A DNA stretch of 64,000 nt from assembly GCA_000165425.1 (NCBI GenBank), contig CT868252.1, positions 62,001-126,000 of the forward strand, in the 5' to 3' direction. Shown here piece after piece: positions 1-13,845 of this stretch. The translations under genes and the position numbers were made by a program. This stretch comes from Paramecium tetraurelia. Its lineage: Eukaryota. The notes beneath the pieces were generated by a model. The model ran no database searches. It saw only the letters and a program-made list of their open reading frames with translations, and had not been told where the DNA came from. Positions within the stretch are counted from its first letter, which is position 1. Each line of letters starts with the position of its first letter.

Positions 1-284
1 AGAGATCGCAATGCATGCATTACTTTGGCTTCTTCAAGCATTTATGTTTTTTCAAATCTAATAATATAATATTGAAAACGACCTTCAGATTCTAGAGAAC
101 AATATTAACATTTTTCTTTTTTGTGGTATTCCTCCTCATGACTCTCCGGATCATTTTTATCGTAAAATTAACCACATTTTTGACACTTTATATTATTACG
201 CAAACAATATGTTTCATGGAGCATATGTTTAGATTCTGCTATTGGTTGCTTACAATTGGAGCATGGGATTGTGATTTCGTTCAT
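1..284 (-). CDS. TRAF-type zinc-finger protein (XAF1/TRAFD1-like), 5' part; runs off the window
   Basis: Code-6 translation MNEITIPCSNCKQPIAESKHMLHETYCLRNNIKCQKCGQFYDKNDPESHEEEYHKKEKCQYC: repeated C-x2-C...H-x3-C/H fingers; small intron near 59-82. Confidence 0.75.
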
Positions 285-299
285 AATATTTTATTTTAA

Positions 300-3200
300 T
301 CAATTATAACGAAATAAAAACTTTTATTTCAAAATGCTCAATAACTACACAGTGTCTGGATGATATACATTATAATCTATAAACACAACTTGATATCCAA
401 GTTTAGAGAATTACTCAACTGCCCTTTCTGTTTCTGCTGTATACACTTTATCCAATCCTCTAATTAAACGAGGGTACTCCTCCAAAAATACGACCACCTT
501 CTGTTTTGGACAAGCAAAGTCAGCAATATGAGGGAAATCACTATAATTCATGATCCATTAATTTTTATCAAGTTTGAGTGCTTACCAAACTAATTCTTTA
601 AAATGTGTATGCTAAATCACATTGTCACTTATTTGGGACAGTTTCCAAAACATATTCATTTCCTAATTTGAATATGTTTCCTCGATTGAATACTCTTCAA
701 ATGGATTCTTCAATATTGGAGACAGTTTAGTGTGGGGCTTGGAACGAACAAAGTTGAATATCGATAATAATCCTTGATAGGTTCTGTTTCTATAATGTAA
801 CTTTCTAGATTTCTCCAGTTCACTCTTCTTTAATTGTTATTCAATTTTGTCAATGAATTCTTGGCAGTCTTAACAAGTATTATATACTTCATCTATCTTT
901 TTTTTATTAGCATTTATGAGGGATTTTAATTGTTCATTGAATAAATTAGGCCAAATTTGATTCACCTAAACTAGATGTTCCAACAGATTAGGTAAATAAA
1001 TGAGGTTATTGATTAATTTAAGAATTTGTGGTGTTTTAAATATTTTTGTCTATGGCTAGAAGTCAGGTACTAAAATAGATGTATAATACAAAGCTTCGAT
1101 GTAAGTGAGTATGGGTTCTAAAACTAAAACCCTCTTATTCGTTTTGGAAGTAGATATTCTTTGGAATCCATTTTTCTGCAAATTAGTTTATAAAACATTG
1201 AATTTCTCTGTCAAATTAATTATGAATTATCTTTAGTTAAGCTGATTTTAGATTTCTAAATTTTTATTATAATTTTAATAATATGGCAGGATTTCTGAAT
1301 ATTCAGAATCATTGAATTCAAATTCTACTTCTTGTTCCATATTTGGATTCAAAGCCTCTTCAAAAATCAACAATTCCTAATCCTTAACATTTGCTAGGTA
1401 AGTTATAAGTGAATTTCTGATGAAATTATCAACTTCATCAATCATAGTTTGATCACTCATTATAGATCGAAACCCTTTTAGAGAATTGCTATTCAATAAA
1501 TACACGATTTATTTTATATCATTCTTTTAGACTTTGTAATTGGAAATTTATTTGTGGCATTGCTTTAATGATATGTAGTACAATTGTGGGGAGAAGTATT
1601 TAAAATATACTAATGATTGATATGATGGATAATTACATGGCAACGCATATATCATGTGATCAGCCTTGAATTCTCCTTAATTTATAGTATTTGTGATTAT
1701 ATGATTAATAGACATTTGTATTAACTTAAAATCGTCTGGTGAATAAATCCATAACAATTTCTTAGCCACATCCTTAGTGTTCAAATTTCGCTGTACAATA
1801 AAATTGTAATTCTTGTTGAACAACTTCTCAAGACTTATTGAATATAGATTACATTATTTACATCTTAGCATAAGCAATCTTAATCTCGGAGTATTATTCT
1901 TCACTCAAAAAACTTAAATGATTATTTATCATGAGTTAAGAAAATTCATATTTCATTATTTCAGAAGCCACTAGTTCAAAATTACTTAATTTTTATATGT
2001 ATTTATTAATAAAGTAATCTAAGAACCCTGCTTATAATCCTAATTCATAGGGTGAAACTGCACAATATTCAAATAATGTCATTATGTTTCTGAATTAAAG
2101 CAATGATAAGGAATCTATCAATTGATCATCTATTTTTAGATTTTGAAGGAATTTCTAGACGATATCTGGATGCAGAAGTCCTGATTATATGGATAATCTC
2201 ATATATTCTATCTATTAATAGATATTTAGTTAATCAAAGATTTTGAGGCCATTTAAAAGCAGGTTTTACGCTATTACGGAATAATATGCAGGCAACTATT
2301 AAGCTTCCTTGTTCAAATATGATAATAGCATATTTTCACTAAAATTCATTTAATCAGCTACAAATCGCTCTAAAACTTCCATTTACACTTATTTTTAAAT
2401 TTCGAACTGCAAATCCCTTTTAATATATGCTTGAAACAACTATTCTTAAGTAAAAGTTTTGTAATTTTAGCGAACATAGTAATTGAGATTTTCATTCTAT
2501 AATATAAAAAAATGAATACAGCTTCATTTTTCAAACTCCTTTCAATGTTTATCTGTATGCCAGTGGAATTTTGAAAGAACTTCATCCATTATTTGCTTCC
2601 TTAGACTGGTTCTGCAATCGTAGAAAAGAGTTATCTAATTTTTAGGATCATGAGTTAATTATCACAAATATATTTTTTTTAATAATTCTTTTGCTTCATT
2701 ACTCTTATTGGCTAGTTCCTGCAATCTCCTTTTATGTACTCCAATATTGGCAATATTTTGGATAAACTCTTAATTTCTAGTCATCACTATAGACAACAAT
2801 CTCAAATGACTTGCTTGTATAGTGTCCAGCAATCGAGTGTAAAATTCTATTGAGAACCTACTCTCTGGATACAAGATGTGGAAGGTCTCTAAATATTACA
2901 TCATTGATCTTAGAAGGCCTTGATTTTTCATTTTATCTTGGTCAAAAATAATCAATAATTAAGTAACCTTCTTTTCCACAATCTCATTGAAATAAGGCAT
3001 GCCTGACTAAATCATATAATTTTAAGCAAGCTTGAAGGCACTCTGAAGAATCATGAGTTTGCCCATCTGCATACATTTGTTAAGTAGATTTGTAATTTCT
3101 TTTATTGCATTCTCCTTATTGAGATTTTCACAAATCAAATTGAGTAACAATTTAGGTTGCATTTATTAAACATCGTTTATCAAATCCACATTCATTATTA

Positions 3201-4963
3201 AATAACCCATTAAATTTGCATCAATATTCAAAGATTCTAAATGCTGAATGGCTTCATATAAAATATCTTCATTTTGCAGTAGTATCAAATCTTTCTAGAT
3301 TTCATCTTGATTTGGCAGATTACGATTTTTAATCATCCAACTGAAATTCAACAAACATTATACAGGAAGAGGGTTTAAATTGAAAAGATAGTTTTTGAGT
3401 CTAGGTATGACGGTCGTCAAAAAATAATTGTTTACCTCGTATTTCTCAAGGTTACCTATAATTAAAATACACTTAATTATATATAAATAAATACATGCTC
3501 AATTATGAGTAAATTATTATGATTGGCCAACAAAATTTCTAATATTTGGGGTGCTTTAGTATTTATGAAATAATGACTAGCATCCTTGCTCTCCACTATA
3601 AAAGCAATCATTTTCGTTAAATCTACCTATACGTATATTGAATAGTCATACCAACTATTATTCTGTCAATTTCATATAATTGTGCAACACTTCGACCAAA
3701 TCATCCAATATACCCCAATAAAACAATAGATATGCGAAATTGATTTCATCCTGATCTTCCTCTAATAAATTCAATAGAGATGTGAATCCTTCATTCAAAA
3801 ATTAGGAGTCTTATAACATTTTTGATATCTCTTGAACGCTTCTTGATCTTACAAACTGCTTTCTTTTCACCTCGAAAATCTTATTACGTACTTCCGTTAG
3901 AAAATAATAAGATACTTTATTGAGAATGAAGCTAAGCCATCCTTTCTCTTTTTGTATGCAACAAACTTAGAGTGTCTTTTTCATTCATTTTATAAATAAA
4001 CTCATTTAATAATTTTTTTCTTGAAAAAGTACATTAACCCCAAAGCTATTGCCACTCCGAAAGTAGTTAATTTAAGTATATCAATATTTTTTCCTAGTTT
4101 CTTATACTCCAAGGCTTCCTTCTAAATTAGCAGTCTGGCCTAACTCATTCTATTGATGTTGTATTTTGTAATTAACTAAACTAGTTGATTAATTGAATAC
4201 ATCCTCTGTTATAGCCTCAGCATCTTGTATTCTCAGTTGTTGGAAGAAATGATACATTAGATTCTACTTGCCAATGTAATAAGCTTAGCAATTCAGTTTT
4301 TGATAAGGGAAATTAATATCTGCATTCAATATTAGTATCGGATAAATGTTGGGCTTAAATTTAGTAATGTAATCACTTATTTTTGACTTTTTATTAATTA
4401 AATTGTACTTTGGTGTATTGAACTTCATTTTGTATTAGAGTTTATAATCTATTTAGAGTGTAGGAAGAAGCCTTGATTTTAACGATGAACAATAGGATAT
4501 CTCCTTTCTTCAATTCCAATTTAATGTCATTTAAAACGATCCAGGAATTGATTTAGCAAATTGGAATATCATCTGAGAAGGAAGAGGTGATAAGAGATTA
4601 ATAAAGTTTTCTCCTCGTTTACGAAGACTTCTTCCTAGATCAATTTAGATTATAATACTCCTCGTTCTCTTGAAAATCATATTTCTAAATCTAATTTCTT
4701 AATAATTGCATGGCACCATCTAGTTTGAAATCACAAAGTGAAAACATATATCTATTTGGTTTTATGTGCAGATTTCGCTTCTATTGCAATAGTTGTTGGA
4801 TATCTATTTTGAGTCCGAGATTATGTCTCATGGATACTTCAGATTAACAAACATACTGAGGGATAGTGTCACTAACCAATTACAAAAAATAAGTGTTTAA
4901 AAAGTCTGACTCATTTGCTGAAAGAAAGTCTTGGTAAGATCTCTCAGATTTGTGACTTTGCAT
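300..4963 (-). CDS. Large (~1,450 aa) probably helical protein with C-terminal RAP/DUF559-like domain
   Basis: ATG at 4963 (MQSHKSERSYQDF); the segments I translated join through tiny introns; C-terminus ADFACPKQKVVVFLEE...ETERAVEQFSKLGYQVVFIDY; TGA at 300-302. Could be more than one gene if an inferred intron (e.g. 1834-1861) is wrong. Confidence 0.6.
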
Positions 4964-5041
4964 AAATTATAAGTGTTAATAATATTTATTAGTTCTGGTG
5001 AATACAGACATACAAATATACAATTATATAATACAAAATTC

Positions 5042-6134
5042 TCATAGAGGCTCTGTCATTTGTACCGATCTATCACAACTCTTTTCTCGGGACTCATTGT
5101 AATAATAACATTGGCTTCCAATACTCAATCTTGTGTTTCCTTGTTCATCATCTACCAGGAGCTACTCAGCTATCTGGAACTCTCTAAATATATGATTTAA
5201 TTGTACATTGTTGATTCTATTTGTTCATTCTCAACCACTCCAATATTTGTTATTTTACAGGCTCTTGACTCAAATAAGCTACGCAATTAAAAAAACCCCA
5301 AAAACTCAGGAATACAAATGATATTGTTGTTTAGATCGATCCTACCTTATTTTAATGAAATAAATTACTCTATGAGAAAATAGAGATTGGATGTCTTCTA
5401 TTGTAAAACTAAAAGTACAAATAAAAGTAATCGTTGGAAAGAGGAATATTTGTTTGATCAATTTCTTAACCTCTCCATATAACTCTTTTTTATCGTCATC
5501 CTCAGCCAAGAGCTACTTAATTTATTTTATTATCGTAAAACTATAGCCTAAATAAAGAAAAATCGGAATAATCCAAAACAATAATTTCTGGATGTCTAAT
5601 TGTGCCTTCAAGTTGGAAGAGTCTTCCTTTTGATGATAGTACAGGCAGTATTAGGTACTTCTCTCAGTCAGGATGATTGCAGTTATTATCGGATATATCA
5701 TTAATATCAAGGGAATTCCATATGAACACACCAAAAACTTATTTTCCTGAGAACACAATTAATCAAATATCTATCTCGTATCTTTGAACTTACTATCCTG
5801 ACCCAGTACCATAAACAATTATCTTCTTCAATATTTCTTTAATACTTTATTGAATAAATCAGAATTGAACTCCATATTAGAGAACTCAATCCTCCGTACA
5901 ATCGAAAAGTGGCAAAAACAGTACATTTTGGATTCTCAAAACTCGAACATAAAATGCCAATAGTCTAATTGATAAATTCAATACTTAAAGTATTCCACTA
6001 AATGTCAGATATAGAATGATTCTAGGAATCAATCCTTATCTTAATTTTTAAGAGTACATAAACAATAAAACAATAAGCAGCTGTCCGATCAAAGAAAGGC
6101 TAGAGCAAAATATTACAGGAATATTATCAATCAT
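5042..6134 (-). CDS. 7TM receptor, cAMP-receptor-like (Dicty_CAR/Git3-type) GPCR
   Basis: MIDNIPVIFCSSLSLIGQLLIVLLFMYSQKLRQGLIPRIILYLTFSGILQ resembles CAR-family TM1-TM2 (SxLSxxG...LR...R.I.YL); further hydrophobic segments; TGA at 5042-5044. Confidence 0.7.
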
Positions 6135-7180
6135 GAAATAAATAATACATTTATATCATAGTTAATTATTAATTATGCATTTAATCCAATAAATTCTAAC
6201 TTAATTCTCAAATATCTCCTTGTCTCATAAATTCACGGTCTTTTCCAATCAAACTCAGAAACTCTGCAAAGATCTTATTGATCATTCTAATCTGAATTAT
6301 CCCATAATATATATCTTAAAATATTATTTCCAAATCTTTATCAAACTCTATTCCTGCTCAGCATTTTAACTTATTTGAGATCTACAATTAGATTACTCAA
6401 ATAAATAATATTAACACATATTATTATGATAAGAATTCTTAAGATATCCATTTAAAAATATACTCATTACTATAATCAAAATAGAATTATAGGTTTAAAA
6501 GGATGTTAAAATGAATCATTAATTTGTAAGGTCATGATATCTAGTCCATATATTTATTGATGTAAAGGTGATAAATAAATGAATTAAATCAAAAAAAGAA
6601 ATATAAAACAATAGGGAATAATAATAATTTTACGAATTAAAAAATTCCAAAAACAAAAAAGAGTCAAAGAATTTTTATCTAGTTGAAAATGGAATTTTCC
6701 TTCATTAACTATAACTGCTACTATTACTAATGAAGAAATCTTATTGAATTCATTTTATTATGAAGCTGGATTCTACCCATAAATTATTTACCAATAAGAT
6801 TAAAATTATTTAATTTACATCTATTAGGTTAAATAATACAAAAAGATTATTAAAAAGAGATCTACTAAGAATGTAATTCGACTTTTATGATAAATTTAAT
6901 CGATTATGAGAGGGGAAATTCTATCATCAAAGAAATTTAATAATACTTTGGATATTTTATAATACAGCATTTTCATTAAGGTACTATTAAAAATTCTTTT
7001 TTGAAACATTGTTTTAGAAAGGTTATTGGATTCAATAGAAACATTTAAATTAAATTTATATTTTCTATAGTAATGACTATGAGCTAATCGTTCTTTCAAC
7101 TGATAAGTCATATTGATGAGTTATTACTTGATGTACATATGAAAACTTTGGATGTTGAGCAGATCTTGAATTTTAATATT

Positions 7181-8166
7181 ATGATTATTATTTTTATATC
7201 GTTTTTTGTGGCTATAGCAGAGCAAACAACATTTTATGGTACTACGTTAAATATCTTCAAAAACTATATTAATGTTTAACAAACAGCTACATCCTTTTTG
7301 AATAAAGTTCATGAACGTACAGAGTAGCATGAAGAAATATTCAAGAAATTTTTATCCATATTAGAAAGAGTATTATAGATTTTCATAATTAGATAGATGA
7401 TTTATATGACTAGCAAGAGAAATTATTGATTTTTAATGATGCTAACATTGAGTATGTTTTAAAAAAAACCAGAAAAAATTATAATGACAAAATTAATCAG
7501 ATATCTGCCAATATTGATAAGAACACTGAATAATTGGAAAGGTTGGAATAGAATCTGTAAAAGAATAGCACTGCTTCATTGAAGATAATTGAAGAACTAA
7601 AAAATCTTTCATCCCTAATTTAAGAGGTATTAAAAGATAATTTCAGCGTAAATTATCAAAAGGTCATACCCTTCCTCAATGAAAAAATCTAATCATAATA
7701 TTTTACTCAATTACAAAAATTAAAAACATTAGACTATTAATTATTGGTGAAGGAATTAGAAAAATATTCTTCTTTCATTTCATAGCAAACCATAAAAGAA
7801 AGTAAAAAAAGAGACTTAGCCAATTGTTATTCACTGATCAATAGCGTGCTTAAGTAGGCTTTAATTTTATTGCTATCTGAAAAATAATAATAACAATATG
7901 AAATGTCCATCAAAGCCTTAATAATTAGAGAAGATAATAAATAGTTAACTCAACAATTACAACAAATCAAAAGACTAAAACGCTTATTTGAAGATAGTTA
8001 AGAATTCAAAATAACCCTAATGAAATAGTATAGGGAAAATATCAAATTTGTTTAGTTCAAGAAAAAATAGTTTCGAGAGCAAGCTAGAAAAATAATTGAA
8101 GTAAATGAAGAGAAAACTAAAATGTTTATTAATGAAGAAAATATATTAAATTAATATATCTAATGA
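7181..8166 (+). CDS. Secreted coiled-coil protein, possibly trichocyst-matrix-protein-like
   Basis: Signal-peptide-like MIIIFISFFVAIA, one 23-nt intron near 7370-7392, heptad-rich Q/E/K/L sequence, TGA at 8164-8166; family assignment is inference. Confidence 0.55.
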
Positions 8167-8239
8167 TTTCAAATATATAAATTTATATGATAAATATCTT
8201 GACTTAGTAAGTTTTGGTAAAACATACGAATTCAAACAT

Positions 8240-9652
8240 TCAACAAATTAATAACTAAGGTAAAGATTTCCAAGGTAAAGAATTCCGTTTCTTTGGCAGT
8301 GTTAAATCAGTCCGATGTCTAAAGTACTTTTACTATAAATTCATTATGGAAAAAAAGGGAGATAAATATGATTTTATATCAATTGAGGGAGGCTAATTTT
8401 AGGATTCAAAGTTGGGCATATCAGAAAATGACTATATAAAATGTTGTTGATTATTTAAAATTTAAGGGAGTTGATACTCTTCGCTTATAACAGACAGTGA
8501 AGCCACCCTAAATTAAGGTGGTTCAAATTTCTCCATTTCTCTCTTTATTTTTTCAAATTCATCCCTTACATCTAATTACTAATATTAAAGGATTTCTTAT
8601 AACAAATAAATTGGAGTAAAGTAGATTTAATTAGTCTTTAGATTAACCATACAAGGAGTCAATTCATAAGATTCCTCTTGTGTTATCAAATCAATGTTTC
8701 CTACAGCTAATAATAAACTTTGATTATGGTTATTTTGATTGTTCTACTTTTCGCTATTTTTGATTTCATCAATTGGTTATTTGCTAATTCTCCATAATAT
8801 TTTATCGATTAATTTATTTAAATCATCATCTACTTCATCCCTTTTTAATAAGCAATTATATCTATTCTTCACTTAATTTTCATTTCTTTTCAATTGTTTT
8901 GCGATGTCTGTCCATTTCTTCCCTTTTTATTAAATTTAATATATCAATTCCAAATCTTCTCTGTCAGTCCAAGGATCCTTTATTTTTATTAATGAAGGAT
9001 CCAAATAATTGATCCATCTTTCTCTTAATTACTTGCTTGTTCTATAGGTTTAATTCACTTTATTCATTTCTAAAGCAATAAGCTTCCATCTATTTTCATC
9101 ATTTTTAAATTTATCATAGAGCTTTGATAAAAGTGAATCCTCTTCTTAAGTGAATGGCTACGTAATTAAGGATGTTTTGAGCATCGATGACCATTTTTAC
9201 TTGATGTTCTCGATATTTCTTCTAAATAAATATTATGCAATTTCGTTAAAATCATCACCATTTAAAAATCTGCAATTTCTCTATTTCAATGAACAATACT
9301 TTCCAATTACCCATACCAAGACTTTTTTTTCTTCAAAACTCCAACTTTTTTTTTGACTCTGAGAGAAACGTCGGCTGTGTAATTTCTTTTGAATCTTGTA
9401 AATTTCAGCATCTGTCGGACAATCATTAAAACCAACATTAAAATATTCTTTGAGATACAAAAAGTCTATTGGAACGTTCTGGCTACTTTCATAAAATTGT
9501 TAAAACAACTAATATTATTATTCAAACTCAAACTTCTCCTAACTCGAAGCTACCTTAACCTTTTATATCTTACCTTGACGATCATTGCAGCTTCTTCCTC
9601 TTTTCTTCTTAGAGTTTGAATCTGATTCAGAGTAATTCAATTCTTGAAGCAT
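8240..9652 (-). CDS. R2R3 Myb-domain transcription factor
   Basis: RWKLIALEMNK...RTSKQLRERWINYLDP...PWTDREDLELIYQIQQKGKKWTDIAKQLKRNENQVKNRYNCLLKR; ATG 9652, TGA 8240. Confidence 0.9.
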
Positions 9653-10744
9653 TTTATATGTATTTTAAATATAATGATATTTTCCTCTAATCTTTATTTA
9701 ATAATAATTTATTTAGTGTGTAATATATTCATTTATTTTAAATTAACATTCCAAAATAATATTTTCAACTTACAATTAAGGAGATAATAATGTTAAATCC
9801 TTTTAATATTATTTATTTTTTTTTATGTCTTTTAAGTGAACATTTGATTAACACTTCTCTGAATTTCATACATTGTTGATTTACATTAGTACTTTGTTTA
9901 AGTGTTAGATCAAACACATAAATAAGAATCACAATAGGTAAATTCTAAAAACAGTCTAAAATTTATTAAAATTTAATTTCATTCTTTCCTTCAGTAAATT
10001 TTGAACCTATTCATTTAGTTTTCTGATAATTTTCTGTCAATAGGGGACAAGTACTCATAATTTCATTATATTTTTCTAATTTTTGTACTATACTTATTAC
10101 TCTTTTAAAAGGAGATTTCCATCATATTTTTGCTTTCAATTTTCAATGTATGTTATCCACCCTAAGTAAAGAGCTTTATGTTTTAGAGCAAAGATTTAAT
10201 ATTTGTTTTATTTAATGCTCCTTTTTCTGATTAAACTAATTAATTAAATATATGATGAATGTTTATCAATTTGTAAGTAATTAGTAAAAGTGATCCTTTT
10301 GATTAGAAAATTAAATTTTAAAAACAGTTTACAATGAAAGGTACAAATAAAACAAAGTAAAAAAGAAATATATATTTAAATATTCTCATAATATTGAACA
10401 AATGATATTATTTTTGATAGGAAGGTTTATTTCTTGAAACTCATCATTTTTCTGTTTTTATTAAAATAAATATTGTAATAAAAATTGGATTAGAGAATGG
10501 AATTCTATAATTCATAAAAATACAACATTTTATATTCTAATAATTAGATGAGTAAGTATCTAAGGAATGAATAACTTGTGAATCTAGAGAGAAAGTAAGG
10601 GGAAGAAGTCAAATTCAATGAAATACAAATAAGATATTAACAGTTGAATTAATAGCTTAAGAAAATACTCTATTAGATAATAATTTCTTATTAGAAGAAA
10701 AGAAAAAAATTGAAATGTAACATTAAAATATTAAACAAAACTAA

Positions 10745-12284
10745 TCATCTTGCCTCCCATGTGATGTAATCTTGATTTGATAAGCCATAAGTAATTTTAG
10801 CTATCCACTCTGTTTTTATTAGTTTTTCATTTAATTTCAACTTATATTTCATTAGAATTTTAGAGATAACAATTTTGCTCTCAATCAATGCAAGATATTA
10901 ACCTATACAATTTCTGCCTCCAGCTGAGAAGGGTACAAAAGCAAACGGGTCGATAGTTGAATCCTTTAAAGTTCCATCTGATTTCCATCTTGTTATATCT
11001 ATTTATTTTGGATTTGGAAAGTAGTTCTAGTTTTATGCATTAGACAATACCATATAATTGACATACCATCCTATTAATAAGTAATAATATATATATACCT
11101 TTTTTAATGAATATATCCATAATGTATACATCCTATAAAGCTTTTTTGGATATCAACATAGGAGCCACTGGTTTTAATCGAAGGCACTCCATTAAAAATC
11201 CTGTAACTTTTTATAAATTTTATAAATGTTTAGCAGTAATTATTGATTCTCCATTTAGGATTTCAAGAATTTCTTAATAAATTTCTTATTAAAGATGTGG
11301 ATTTTCCGCCAAAAAATAACATGCTGTAGTTACTAGATTAGCTGTAGTTTCAGTTCCTGCAAAATAAAGTGTTATAGATTATTATAAAATTTCATCTTCT
11401 GTGATAGGAGGATCCATTTAATCATTTTTGTTTAGATAAGCATCTAAATATACATCCAAATAATCCTAATGTACAAAGTCTTTGCAATTTTTTAATTTTT
11501 CCATTCTACCTTTAATTGCCTTTTTCATGTGATCAAGCATAACGGTATTAAGCTCAAAGAGATCCTTTTCTATTTTTCTGGGAAATAGGCTGAATACTTT
11601 TTCTTCAAGCAATGCTCTCTTTATTTGAAAGAATCGGGATTCAGTTATTAATTATCCAAATCTAGTGATTAATTGAGTGACACATAACGAAGGATCTTGT
11701 CCATTCAGACTTAATTTGGCGATATCCTCACCAAAAAAGGCTCTAAGAACGACTTCCCCTGTGATTGAAGATGCTAAGTTCATAGCTGGAAATATTGAGT
11801 TTGGGAGACCAGACAATTTCTTTTCAGCCACATCATTTATCATTGGTATGAGATTGATGAGCTTGTTGTACTCAAAATGAGCTCCTAAGAGCTTTCTTTG
11901 TTATTTCCACTTTGCTCCTCCTTCCATAAGCATTCCTTTTGATACTAATCTCTTGTCGACTATCATGGGGAATTTGGTATATGCTTCATGTTATTGCATG
12001 AATATTTTGTAGTAATTTGGTTTTAAGAATACGATTAATGGTCGAAATAATAAATTAGTAACTAGAATATCTGCTTATCTATTATTCTTTATCAATACAG
12101 ACAAGGCTTGGAATGCATCTCCATTGATTGCTCTGGATTGACTTAGAGTACGGAGTAGTCCTAACATAGGGGCATATTGAATGATCACCCTTTTACCGTA
12201 CTTGATTTTGAAATATATAACCACGATGAGTGGCTGAGTGATAAAATAGATTAGAGCTAGTATTCCTAATATAATATATATCAT
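10745..12284 (-). CDS. Cytochrome P450
   Basis: N-terminal TM anchor, I-helix FAGTETTA, ExxR (ECLR), heme motif FSAGGRNCIG; one small intron near 11070-11098. Confidence 0.95.
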
Positions 12285-12290
12285 AATTAA

Positions 12291-12755
12291 ATGATTAATT
12301 AATAAGTGTTCGAATAACTCAATTCCATTCTCTTTAAGCAAAAATTCGAAAATCAAATCAAAAATATGTGCCCTACTTAAAAGAACTTAGAATTCAAGTA
12401 AGTAAATTCTTCCATTTTATCAGATTCATTGTATTAAAAAAAGTTGAAACTCAAATCACAAAGACTTATAAGAAAATCACAAAGTATTGGATTGCAGATG
12501 AGACTGGGAGTGCATTTTTGAATGTGCATGATATGGATGAATCAGTCATAAATCCAGGAGATGTATGTGTAATGGTTGGTGCCTACACAAATCTATTCAA
12601 AGGAATGATGAATATTCATTAAGGTAAACATATTAAATATTCTAGGTAAGAATGGTATATTCAAAAAAGTGAGTGAATTCGATCTTCAATATTCAACTTA
12701 CCCTAATCATAGTTTAAAAAATTGGGGCAATGATTAATAAACCACTTAAATTTGA
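12291..12755 (+). CDS. NABP: SOSS complex subunit B / hSSB1-like OB-fold ssDNA-binding protein
   Basis: IKNMCPTQKNLEFKFIVLK...WIADETGSAFLNVHD...INPGDVCVMVGAYTNLFKGMMNIHQGKNGIFKKVSEFDLQYSTYPNHS follows the NABP1/2 pattern; introns 12398-12423 and ~12624-12645; alternative ATG at 12366. Confidence 0.85.
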
Positions 12756-12808
12756 AGTTAATTATTATCATACTATTAGAGTATAAAATATGATTAATAA
12801 AATCAAAA

Positions 12809-13828
12809 TCAGAAAATGAAATACAAATAACATTTGGAACTTCCCCCCTTTTTGGTATTAAGAGTTGAAACATTTTGTTCCTTTTTCAATGGGTTTAGTA
12901 TTTCACTCTTTGCCTAATTAAACATGGTGTCCTCCAATTCTTATTATTGTTAAAAGTAATTATTTGGTTGAATCATTTCTGTTTGAATTTCTGATAAAAT
13001 TTCCGAAATTTAGTTTTGTTTAATTTCTGGTTTCTAATTTTAAGTTTAATTTATTAATATAGTCTTTTTAATTTTTACTCTAAATTATTTGACGGAACAT
13101 TCAATTATTTAGAGAGAATCAAATTTTTGTATTTCGAAATTGCCTTGATCTTGCTGATCCTACATTTTTGGAGTTTCGATTGGATTATAAAATTAAAAAG
13201 TGATTTATTCTGGATCTTCTTAAATATGATTTTAAATGAAATTGCCTTGATTCTCAAGAGATTCTATTTGGTCTTATTCTTAATTTAGGTCAACCAAATC
13301 CTCATCTGGAATATTAAAATGCTTATTGGATTTAATCTTTTCTTGTCTGATATTTAATGATTTTGGTTTCTAGTGAGAGTTACAAAACAATTTTTTAAGG
13401 TAATTTTAGTGATCTTTATTTGAGGTTCCTGAATGGGACATTGAGAATTAGTCATTATCAATGTTTTAGACTGAATTTCGAAACGATTCTATATCGCTAG
13501 AGACCTTAAATGGAGTACAATTATCATTTTAAGGAGACGTATTTTTATTGCCATTTTTTTTTTCTGAAAATCTTCTATGTGGACTGATAAATTTGTAAAA
13601 GTATTTGTCGATAGCTGATCTACTGACAACAAAATTCTTTGCTTCAGGCATTGGGGGATGAAACAATGTGGTGATGGATGAAGTTAATGTATCTGCTGTT
13701 TTATCAGAAATAAGATATTTTGGCTTAATTCTATCTGTCTTGGGTCTTTCGTTGGTGTTTGGAGTCACTGATATACAATTTGCGAATGGATGTACTGTTA
13801 TGGCATTACTATTCACTTTTCTGAGCAT
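12809..13828 (-). CDS. Hypothetical protein
   Basis: MLRKVNSNAITVHPFANC... continues through TAA/TAG(Gln) to a TGA at ~12809; no motif recognised. Confidence 0.6.
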
Positions 13829-13845
13829 TTAAGTTAATTATTTTA

